From Thermodesulfobacterium commune DSM 2178 (lineage in GTDB: Bacteria; Desulfobacterota; Thermodesulfobacteria; Thermodesulfobacteriales; Thermodesulfobacteriaceae): a stretch of DNA of 32,000 bases. Shown piece after piece: positions 1 through 7,727 of this stretch. How positions within the stretch are numbered: the stretch's first letter is position 1; the number at the start of each line of letters is the position of its first letter. A program made the translations under genes and the position numbers. The stretch spans positions 840,001-872,000 of the forward strand of contig NZ_CP008796.1 of NCBI RefSeq assembly GCF_000734015.1, read 5' to 3'. Below the pieces are notes generated by a model. The model ran no database searches. It saw only the letters and a list, made by a program, of their open reading frames with translations, and was not told the origin of the DNA.

Positions 1-1
1 T

Positions 2-352
2 CTTCCCTCTTTTCTTAAGTTTATCCCAAGACTCAAAAATAAAGGTAGAGCTATCATTAATTCAGACTTAGTAAAACCTGAAGAAATTGACAACATAGAA
101 GCCTTACAAAAAAAATATAAACTCTACTTTGTGCCAGTAAACTCTTTGGCTGAAAGTTTAGGTAAACCGATGTTAGCTAACATCTGTGCTTTAGGGGCTT
201 TTTATAGGATTTCTAAAATTTTTTCAAAACAAAATTTTGAAGAAGCTTTAAAATATATGCTTGGAGAAAGTAAAGCTCATCTTATCGAGCCCAACTTAAA
301 AGCCTTTGAGCTTGGTTCAAAATATATAGAGGAACACTACAAGATTAGATGA
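2..352 (+). CDS. 2-oxoacid:ferredoxin oxidoreductase gamma subunit, C-terminal part (5' end lies outside the window)
   Basis: The reading frame is open from base 2. The translation ...AIINSDLVKPEEI...GKPMLANICALGAFYRISKIF...EEALKYMLG resembles Por/Kor gamma subunits. Its stop overlaps the dtd start (ATGA at 349-352). Confidence 0.6.
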   Translation, partial: LPSFLKFIPRLKNKGRAIINSDLVKPEEIDNIEALQKKYKLYFVPVNSLAESLGKPMLANICALGAFYRISKIFSKQNFEEALKYMLGESKAHLIEPNLKAFELGSKYIEEHYKIR

Positions 353-801
353 AGGCTGTTATCCAACGGGTTAAAGAAGCTTCTGTTTCTGTAGACGGAA
401 AAATTATCTCTCAAATCAACCAAGGACTCTTAGTATTAGCCTGTGTAGAAAAAGGGGATGATGAAAAAATTGTTGACTGGATGGCAGATAAAATCGTCAA
501 TCTAAGGATTTTCCCAGACCCTGAAGGTAAGTTTAATCTCAGTTTAAAAAACATAAACGGTGAGGTATTATTGGTTTCAAATTTTACCATATGCGGACAA
601 CTTAAAAAAGGTACACGACCTTCTTTTCACTTAGCAGAAGACCCAGCCCAAGCTGAAGCTATCCTAAAGAGTTTAGCTGAAAAAATCAAACAAAAAGGAA
701 TAAATGTAAAGGAGGGGGTATTTAAAGCCTACATGGACATTGCCTTAATCAACGATGGCCCTGTTACCATAATTTTAGAAAAATCTAACCAAAAACCTTA
801 A
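349..801 (+). CDS. dtd: D-aminoacyl-tRNA deacylase
   Basis: 150 aa. The N-terminus MKAVIQRVKEASVSVDG, the LLVSNFT motif and the C-terminal NDGPVTIILE are all typical of Dtd. Confidence 0.9.
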   Translation: MKAVIQRVKEASVSVDGKIISQINQGLLVLACVEKGDDEKIVDWMADKIVNLRIFPDPEGKFNLSLKNINGEVLLVSNFTICGQLKKGTRPSFHLAEDPAQAEAILKSLAEKIKQKGINVKEGVFKAYMDIALINDGPVTIILEKSNQKP

Positions 802-868
802 CCTTTATTTTAACCTTTATCTATTTTCAAGCTACATTTAGTTGTGTCTAACTCTGCAGGATAAATTG

Positions 869-2980
869 TCATTTTTCTACCAAAACTTTAACTTCACCTT
901 CTTTATTTATTATGTTTATTCCTACATCGTTTCCGTAATTTTTAAGATATAAATCTACTTTTCCTCTTTTTATCTCAAAATTTTTTATCCACATTTCTTC
1001 TATAAAATCTGGAAGTAAGGGATGCTTAAAGCGAATTTCGTTTCCTTCTATTGTAAGTCCTAAACAACCTTGAAGAATTAAAAACACGGCTCCTGTAGAC
1101 CAAGCTTGTGGATAACAAGCTACAGGGTAATAAGTAGGGCCTTCGTTAACTCTTCTCTCAAGTCCACAAAAAAGTTCAGGAAGCCTATGAAGTTTAAAAA
1201 AAATACTTGCTTCAAAAAGAGCGTTTAAAATTCTTAAAGCTTCTTGTTTAAATCCATACAAACATAGACCAAAAGCTATGATAGCATTATCATGAGGCCA
1301 TACAGAACCATTATGATAGGAAAGAGGATTATATCTTTTCTCAAAAGAAGAAATCGTTCTTATACCCCATCCTGAAAAAAAATGTTTTTCAAAAAATAAA
1401 GAAGCAAGAATTCGAGCTTTGCTCATAGAAATAGCCTTAGTAAAAAGTAAATGACCTGCATTACTTGATCTAACTCTACAGGGTCTTTTATCTCCATCAA
1501 GAGCTAATACAAAACAATTTATTTCATCATCCCAAAATTTTTCCTCGATCAATTCTCTTAACCTTTCTGCTTCTTTTGCCCATTTTACTGCCAATTTTTC
1601 TTTTCCTAAAACTTTTGCAAGTTTTGATGCTTCTCTTTTGGCTTTATATACATATCCTTGAACCTCAACTAAAGCAATAGGTGGTTTTGCCAATTTACCA
1701 TCTTCATAGAACACACTATCTTCCGAATCTTTCCATCCTTTATTGATTAAACCTTTTTCGGAAGGTACATACTCTACCAGTCCATCTTTATCTATATCTC
1801 CATACTTATCTATCCATGTTATTGCCATTTGAATATTTTTCCAGATATTTTTTATAAACTCTATATCGCCTGTTCTTTCGAAATACTTACTTGCTAAAAT
1901 TACAAAAAGAGGAGTAGCATCTACACTTCCATAATACAAAGCATAAGGAATTTCTTTAGTTGCAGCCATTTCCCCTTTTCTTATCTCATGCACAATTTTC
2001 CCAGGTTCTGCATCTTGCTCCCTATTAATCTTTTTCGCTTGATAATGAGCTAAAAAAGATAAAGTCCCTTTAGCTAAAGAAGGATTTATCCATAAACATT
2101 CTAAAGCAGTAATTATCCCATCTCTTCCAAAAACGGTATTAAACCATGGTATTCCAGCATATGGATAAGGTCCATATGGGGTTGTTGTTGTAAGCATTAC
2201 TATATCTGCAAAAGACCTTCGTAGCCATCGATTAAATAGCTCATTTGAAGTATAAATCTTACAACTCTTATTCTCCCACTCTCTAAATTTTTTAGTTATA
2301 TAATAAAGAGCTTTGTTATACGAAATCAGTTCAGAGTCTTCATTTTCTATTAAACATCTAATATACAAGTTTAAAACAACTTTTTCTTTTCCTCCTAAAT
2401 TAAATAGATATACAGCTTTATTGGAAATAATTTGTTGAGGTAGAGGATCAAAGATTATATCAGTTGTTCTTAAAATATTATCAAGACCTCTATAAACAAA
2501 CTTAATGCCATTTTTAATAGTCTTAAGTGGAAAGATCTTACCTCTTTGTCTTCTTTTCATTCCGCGAACTTCAAATACATCAGCAAAATCACTGTTAAAG
2601 TAAAAACTAATCTCTATTTTAACAGGGTCAAAAAAATAGTTTTTTATCCATATTTTTTCATAACAACAATTTTGATACAAAAATTTATTTCTTAAAATAT
2701 GTACTGTTCCCTCTGGGATTATAACTTCTTCATTTCTTATAATTTTAGGATTAGTTAAATCTACTGTAAAAAGAGAATTATCTTCTTTAACAGCTGAACT
2801 TAAAAGAATAGGAAGTTGATCAAAAAGATAAAACTTATGACATGAAAGAAACCTTGTCCCTTGATAGTAAATACCTTCTTCAAAATTTCTTTCAACATCA
2901 ATGTTTCCATAGGCGTCAAATATGGCAAAACTTTCTTCATGTTTAAGTGTATGAGTCTCTACTTCAAGCTTTCCTTTCAT
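869..2980 (-). CDS. Amylo-alpha-1,6-glucosidase / glycogen-debranching-like protein (GDE_C, CAZy GH133-type)
   Basis: 703 aa. The N-terminal region matches a bacterial GDE N-domain, and the C-terminal (alpha/alpha)6-type region contains GIPWFNTVFGRDG, GKIVHE, GWKDS, HNGSVWPHDN and YPQAWS. Confidence 0.8.
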   Translation of the reverse strand: MKGKLEVETHTLKHEESFAIFDAYGNIDVERNFEEGIYYQGTRFLSCHKFYLFDQLPILLSSAVKEDNSLFTVDLTNPKIIRNEEVIIPEGTVHILRNKFLYQNCCYEKIWIKNYFFDPVKIEISFYFNSDFADVFEVRGMKRRQRGKIFPLKTIKNGIKFVYRGLDNILRTTDIIFDPLPQQIISNKAVYLFNLGGKEKVVLNLYIRCLIENEDSELISYNKALYYITKKFREWENKSCKIYTSNELFNRWLRRSFADIVMLTTTTPYGPYPYAGIPWFNTVFGRDGIITALECLWINPSLAKGTLSFLAHYQAKKINREQDAEPGKIVHEIRKGEMAATKEIPYALYYGSVDATPLFVILASKYFERTGDIEFIKNIWKNIQMAITWIDKYGDIDKDGLVEYVPSEKGLINKGWKDSEDSVFYEDGKLAKPPIALVEVQGYVYKAKREASKLAKVLGKEKLAVKWAKEAERLRELIEEKFWDDEINCFVLALDGDKRPCRVRSSNAGHLLFTKAISMSKARILASLFFEKHFFSGWGIRTISSFEKRYNPLSYHNGSVWPHDNAIIAFGLCLYGFKQEALRILNALFEASIFFKLHRLPELFCGLERRVNEGPTYYPVACYPQAWSTGAVFLILQGCLGLTIEGNEIRFKHPLLPDFIEEMWIKNFEIKRGKVDLYLKNYGNDVGINIINKEGEVKVLVEK

Positions 2981-3002
2981 TATTCTTTCTTCCAGTTATC
3001 GT

Positions 3003-3030
3003 TTTATAAACACAACTTTATAAACACAAC
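3003..3030. repeat. Perfect tandem duplication of the 14-nt unit TTTATAAACACAAC (2 copies)
   Basis: Read directly: 3003-3016 equals 3017-3030. It lies in the 59-bp spacer between the GT4 stop (3040) and the GDE-like start (2980). Confidence 0.9.
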
Positions 3031-3039
3031 TTGGTTAAA

Positions 3040-4086
3040 TTAAACTGCTCTTTTATAAACCTCTTTTAGAATTACTCGTTGATAAACATTTAAATATTCT
3101 TCCGCCATTCTTCTTGCAGTAAATCTTTCTTCGAAACTTTTTCTACAATCTTCTCTATTTAAGTTTTTAACTTCCTCTAAAAAATTCACTGCTTCTTCTA
3201 TGGTTTCAACTATAAACCCTGTTTTTCCGTGTTCTATAATTTCTGGAACTGAACCACATCTCCATGCTACTACAGGAGTTCCGCAAGCTAAAGCTTCAAT
3301 CATGACTAAACCAAAGGGCTCAGGCCAGTCTATAGGAAATACTAAAGCATAAGCATTACCTAAAAACTCGTTTTTCTCTTTTTCTCCTATTTCTCCAATA
3401 AATTCAACCCATGGACTTTTTAACATAGGTTTTATTACTTCTTTAAAATAAGTTTCATCAGCCTTATCAACTTTGGCAGCAATCATTAATTTCATACCAA
3501 ACTTTTCTGCAATCTCAATAGCTCGATCAGGTCTTTTCTCAGGAGAAATTCTCCCTAAAAAGGCTAAATAAGTACCATGTTGGGGTTTAAATTTATAAAG
3601 ATCCTCTGGCAATCCATGATAGACATTGGCTACCCAATTTAACCATGGCAAAGGCTTTCTTTGTGAATAAGAAATAGAAATAAAAGGAGCATTTTTAAAA
3701 ATCTTAAAAAACGGAACATATTCTGAAAGATTAAGTCTTCCATGTAGAGTATTAACAAAAGGAAGATTATACCTTGTAGCTAAAGGAAGATGTAAATATT
3801 CTGTATGAAAATGAATAACATCAAAAAATTTTGCTCTTTTTAAAACTTCTTCTATCATGTAAAGATGCCAGATTAACGGATCTTTACAGGTTTTATCAAA
3901 TCTTAAAGAGTTTGGACAGATAGGAATTAACTTTGCTTTAGTTTTTGAATCTCCACTTGCGAAAAGAATCACTTCATGTCCCATTTTTACAAGCTCTTCG
4001 GTTAAGTAAGAAACAACCCTTTCTGTTCCCCCGTATAACTTTGGGGGAACACTCTCATATAGAGGAGCTACTTGAGCAATACGCAT
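3040..4086 (-). CDS. GT4-family (group 1) glycosyltransferase
   Basis: 348 aa. The N-terminus MRIAQVAPLYESVPPKLYGGTERVV and the C-terminal EPFGLVMIEALACGTPVV (E-x7-E type) are GT4 features. A GGGAGG Shine-Dalgarno sits upstream of the ATG. Confidence 0.8.
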   Translation of the reverse strand: MRIAQVAPLYESVPPKLYGGTERVVSYLTEELVKMGHEVILFASGDSKTKAKLIPICPNSLRFDKTCKDPLIWHLYMIEEVLKRAKFFDVIHFHTEYLHLPLATRYNLPFVNTLHGRLNLSEYVPFFKIFKNAPFISISYSQRKPLPWLNWVANVYHGLPEDLYKFKPQHGTYLAFLGRISPEKRPDRAIEIAEKFGMKLMIAAKVDKADETYFKEVIKPMLKSPWVEFIGEIGEKEKNEFLGNAYALVFPIDWPEPFGLVMIEALACGTPVVAWRCGSVPEIIEHGKTGFIVETIEEAVNFLEEVKNLNREDCRKSFEERFTARRMAEEYLNVYQRVILKEVYKRAV

Positions 4087-4177
4087 TTTTTCCTCCCTTA
4101 TCTAGGAATTGAGCTTTTTAGGATTTTTTTAAGATTAAAAATAATTACTCAAATTCTAAAAACAAGAGTGAATCCTT

Positions 4178-5386
4178 TTAAAATTTAAAGTTTAAAATTC
4201 TTGAGATTATTAAACAATAATCCCTTAAATGGCGAATGATTAAAAACCTATGTTTTACTCTTTCTTTACCATAGTATCCCATTTCTTTTCTAAAATATTC
4301 ATTAGCAAGAAGTTGTTTTATTCGCATTGCTAATCCTTCTACACTGTTTATTAAATATCCAGTGATACCGTGTATTATTTGTCTTTTTATCCCACCCACA
4401 TTAGATCCAATAACTGGTTTTTCTTTCCACATTGCTTCTGAAACCACAAGCCCAAAACCCTCTTTTAAAGATTTTTGAACAACAACTGTTGCTCCTCTTT
4501 GAAAGGCATTTACTTCTCTATAACTATCAGGTGGGAGATTTAAAACAAACACCTCTTTATCATCTGAAGTAAGGTTTAAAAGTTCCTTATACACTTCCTC
4601 TCCTTCTGGATCATCTTCTGCGAAAGAACCTACAAGAGCAAGCTGACAATCGTATTTTTTTCTTACGATTCTAAAAGCTGATAATACTCCAAAGGGATCT
4701 TTTAATCTGTCAAAACGAGAAACCTGAAGAATAAAAGGTTTTTCTGGATCTATCCCAAATTTGGTTAAAGTTTGAAAAATTTCTTCTTGAGACAATTCTA
4801 TGTTTTTGGGATGTAGAGGGTCTATCGAAGGAGAAATTATATAAGTAGGAATTTCTATCCTTTCATAAACAAATTCAGGCATATGAAAAATACAAACATC
4901 ATAAGCGTTTAAAAAATTTTCAAGAAAGTTCCAAGCATTGGGATCAGGACTCGAAGTATCTATGTGACATCTCCAGATCCATTTTTGCCCTGGCAATTTT
5001 TTAATCACAAGACCCATAGGTTGAGGATCATGAATGAAAACTACATCATAGTTTTCTGTGTCTATTTCTTTAAAATTTTCATAAGTGATTTTTAAATAAT
5101 AAACAATCTCTTCACTCCTGATTTTTTCACCATATCCTAAGTGAAGTAGGTTGTGAAGTTTTTTGGTAAAAGAAAAAAACTTTTTGTCTCCCTTAAACAC
5201 CTTCCAGTCTGTTTTAACTCCAAGTGCATTCATAAGAGGAACCATTCTGTGTAAAATTTCAGCAACACCACCACCTTTATAAGTAGAGTTAACATGAAGC
5301 ACTTTTACCCCATTCAGTTTCTTACTTAAAATAAACAACTCTTCGATCGTTTCTTCGCTTACAAAGGGTATGTATTCCTCAATCAT
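4178..5386 (-). CDS. treT: TreT-like trehalose glycosyltransferring synthase (GT4)
   Basis: 402 aa. The blocks VNSTYKGGGVAEILH, HDPQP, WRCHID, SPSIDP, QVSRFD, DDPEG and EGFGLVVSEAMWK.KPVIG match archaeal and bacterial TreT as I recall it. Confidence 0.7.
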   Translation of the reverse strand: MIEEYIPFVSEETIEELFILSKKLNGVKVLHVNSTYKGGGVAEILHRMVPLMNALGVKTDWKVFKGDKKFFSFTKKLHNLLHLGYGEKIRSEEIVYYLKITYENFKEIDTENYDVVFIHDPQPMGLVIKKLPGQKWIWRCHIDTSSPDPNAWNFLENFLNAYDVCIFHMPEFVYERIEIPTYIISPSIDPLHPKNIELSQEEIFQTLTKFGIDPEKPFILQVSRFDRLKDPFGVLSAFRIVRKKYDCQLALVGSFAEDDPEGEEVYKELLNLTSDDKEVFVLNLPPDSYREVNAFQRGATVVVQKSLKEGFGLVVSEAMWKEKPVIGSNVGGIKRQIIHGITGYLINSVEGLAMRIKQLLANEYFRKEMGYYGKERVKHRFLIIRHLRDYCLIISRILNFKF

Positions 5387-6009
5387 TCTTTTTCTTCCAA
5401 AATTTTTATTATATTATTTTTTATCTCATACAGGTTCATAACATAAACATCTAATTTGTTTATTTTTTCTGCTTTTTTTACTTCCCCTAAATTGGTGAGC
5501 CAGGCGGAATAATCATTTATAAGGGTTTTGTTTTCTATTCTTGAAGTCACAAGATGATAAAAAACCGAATTTATGCTTGATTTTTTAATCCCCTCTAAAA
5601 ACTCATCTAAGTTATTAGCAACATCTACACCCTCTATGATTTCTCTTTCAGCTTTAATAAAATAAAAAGCTTCTTGTCCACTTTTATCTTCAGTTGGGTT
5701 GTAATTTTCTTCAAGAGTTTGAACAAGAACATTCCTCAGTTCTTCTAAATCGCAGTATTCTAAGGGATCAATTACAGAGAGTTTTTCTGCAAGTAAAAGA
5801 TGACCGTTTTTGTATAACCCGTAGGAAAAGCTGTTGTTATAAAAAGTGGGTAAATTGTGATAGTTAAAAATGTTTATATACAAGTGGTAAAAGATAGAAA
5901 ATTTATCAACTGTTTTAAGTGCCTCTATAAACTCCTTTATAGAATAAACCTTTATTCCTGTATACTGAGGAATCCAAAACTCAGATTTAAAAAAAAAAGG
6001 CTTATTCAC
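5383..6009 (-). CDS. Uncharacterised protein made of two tandem ~90-aa repeats; no recognisable catalytic motif (possibly a catalogued DUF, not verifiable here)
   Basis: 208 aa. The GTG start at 6007-6009 overlaps the otsB stop (GTGAATAA). Its TGA overlaps the treT ATG (ATGA, 5383-5386). An internal repeat is visible in the translation. Confidence 0.6.
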   Translation of the reverse strand: MNKPFFFKSEFWIPQYTGIKVYSIKEFIEALKTVDKFSIFYHLYINIFNYHNLPTFYNNSFSYGLYKNGHLLLAEKLSVIDPLEYCDLEELRNVLVQTLEENYNPTEDKSGQEAFYFIKAEREIIEGVDVANNLDEFLEGIKKSSINSVFYHLVTSRIENKTLINDYSAWLTNLGEVKKAEKINKLDVYVMNLYEIKNNIIKILEEKE

Positions 6010-6380
6010 TGGTTACCAAAGCATTTAATAATTTTCTTACTTTTAAATAAGATTCTACACTGTATTTAGCAAAAGACTTTCCAATTCCTACTTTTATGGT
6101 GATAGCATTTTCAGGAAGATCTCTAAATAAATCTTCATCTGTGGTATCATCTCCTACTGCAAAAATAAAATCGTAGTTTTTTTCCTTTAAAAATATGTTA
6201 GCAGCTATTCCCTTGTTTATTCCTGCAGGTCTTATTTCAATCACTTTGTTCCCTATTATTAAATTAAGATTTAAATTACTTGTTACCATCAAAAGTTCGT
6301 CAATTAGTTCTGCTACTCTTAAACTTGCTAATTCTTGATCTGCATTTCTGTAATGAAAAACTATAGAAAATTCTTTCTCT
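6002..6380 (-). pseudogene. otsB: 3' fragment of the fused trehalose-6-phosphate synthase/phosphatase gene (TPP C-terminal part), cut off by the IS insertion
   Basis: The frame is open from the IS junction: EKEFSIVFHYRNADQELASLRVAELIDELL...GNKVIEIRPAGINKG...GDDTTDEDLF. These are TPP (HAD) motifs. There is no start codon or RBS of its own. Confidence 0.85.
6373..6380. repeat. Left copy of the 8-bp target-site duplication CTTTCTCT
   Basis: The identical octamer is found at 7720-7727, and both abut the IS termini. Confidence 0.8.
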
Positions 6381-7719
6381 GGGAGTAGAATATAAATTGT
6401 GTCTTTTAATAAAATATTTTAGAGGCATAATAAAAATTTTTAATATTTTTTAAATTAATGATAACATAAAACCTAAAAGACTAAACTAACCAGGAGGTCT
6501 GTAAAATGGAAAACTTAGACTTAGATTTAGAAAAAGTTTTAAGTGAAATCTCAAAAATTGAATCAAAAGAGGGTATCAAAATGGCTGCTGCACTCCTCTT
6601 AAACGCTCTCATGAAAAAAGAAAGAGAAATATTCCTTAGAGATAGTATTGATAATAAAGCTAATGGTTACTATGAAAGACAACTTGCCTGTTTCTTAGGT
6701 AACCTTGGTATCTCTGTCCCAAGAGATAGAAAATCTGAATTCAGACCTGCTATTCTTCCTCCTGAATGGCAAAAAGCTGATGAATCCTTCCAGGACTTTA
6801 TCCTTAACCTCGTTCTCCAAAGCTACTCCCCCAATAAAATCAAAGCCCTCTTGCAATCTATGAAACTCCCCTACTCCCCAGAACAAATAGAAGAAATTAA
6901 AGAAGAATTGTATAACCAAGCCAAAGAATTAAAAACCAAAGAATTGCCAGAAAATTTGTTTGCTATGTTTATAGACGCTTATCATACTCAGATAAAAGAT
7001 ACCGAAGCCAACAGAATCAGAAAAGCAGTTATTTATAATATCATCGGGATAGATATGGAGGGAAGAAAAAATTTACTTTCTTATTACATTTATTTTGGTT
7101 CAGAGACGAAGGAGGACTGGCTCCAGATACTTAATGATTTGATAAAGAGGGGAGTTAAGAGGGTTATGGTAATAGTGAGTGATGATTTTCCTGGCCTTAC
7201 TCAAGCCATAAAAGCCCTCTTTCCTGAGACAGATCATCAGCTTTGTTTTGTACACATGCAAAGGAACATCAACAGGAACATGTCTAAGCAGGATGCTAAA
7301 AAATTTTATGAGGAGTTAAGCATTATAAAGAGGATAGAGGAGTATGAGAGGGCCTTAAATAGATTTGAGGAATTATGTAAGAGTTATGAGAAGAAGTATC
7401 CAGCTTATATAAAGGGACTTTTGAAAAAGAAGGAGCATTATTTTGTTTATAAGAAATATCCTGAGGGGGTGAGGAGGTATATATACACGACGAATGTGGT
7501 TGAGAATATAAATAGCAGGATAGAGCTGATAAGGGTAAATACAGGGGGATATTTTCAATCAATCAAGACAGCAGAGGTTGCGATATACATAACAGTAAGT
7601 CGGATTCAGAAAACGAGATGGCAAAAACCACTTCCTTTAATTAAGTCTGCTTTATACGAATTGAGGCAAATGTTTGTAAAGAGATTTTATAAGGAGACAC
7701 AATTCTCTTGACAAGTGTC
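6381..7719 (+). mobile_element. Intact IS256-family insertion sequence (about 1339 bp)
   Basis: It carries a single 401-aa Mutator/IS256-type transposase ORF. The imperfect terminal inverted repeats are GGGAGTAGAATATAAATTGTGTCT on the left and GACACTTGTCAAGAGAATTGTGTCT (reverse complement) on the right. It is flanked by an 8-bp direct repeat. Confidence 0.9.
6506..7711 (+). CDS. IS256-family (Mutator-type, DDE) transposase
   Basis: 401 aa. An AGGAGG sits 9 nt upstream of the ATG. Conserved blocks include FIDAYH..., IGIDMEGRKNLL, VSDDFPGL, QLCFVHMQRN and IYTTNVVENIN. Confidence 0.9.
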   Translation: MENLDLDLEKVLSEISKIESKEGIKMAAALLLNALMKKEREIFLRDSIDNKANGYYERQLACFLGNLGISVPRDRKSEFRPAILPPEWQKADESFQDFILNLVLQSYSPNKIKALLQSMKLPYSPEQIEEIKEELYNQAKELKTKELPENLFAMFIDAYHTQIKDTEANRIRKAVIYNIIGIDMEGRKNLLSYYIYFGSETKEDWLQILNDLIKRGVKRVMVIVSDDFPGLTQAIKALFPETDHQLCFVHMQRNINRNMSKQDAKKFYEELSIIKRIEEYERALNRFEELCKSYEKKYPAYIKGLLKKKEHYFVYKKYPEGVRRYIYTTNVVENINSRIELIRVNTGGYFQSIKTAEVAIYITVSRIQKTRWQKPLPLIKSALYELRQMFVKRFYKETQFS

Positions 7720-7727
7720 CTTTCTCT
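7720..7727. repeat. Right copy of the 8-bp target-site duplication CTTTCTCT
   Basis: It is identical to 6373-6380. Confidence 0.8.

Noticed and set aside
6002-6292. 96-aa ORF that could be called a stand-alone small HAD phosphatase
   Set aside because: The frame stays open upstream to the IS junction and continues the TPP domain of the split otsA-otsB fusion. It lacks HAD motifs I and II, so it cannot be an independent enzyme.
6695-7562. Minus-strand ORFs (61-79 aa) inside the IS256 transposase gene
   Set aside because: They are antisense shadow ORFs within an intact transposase CDS, and no independent support exists.
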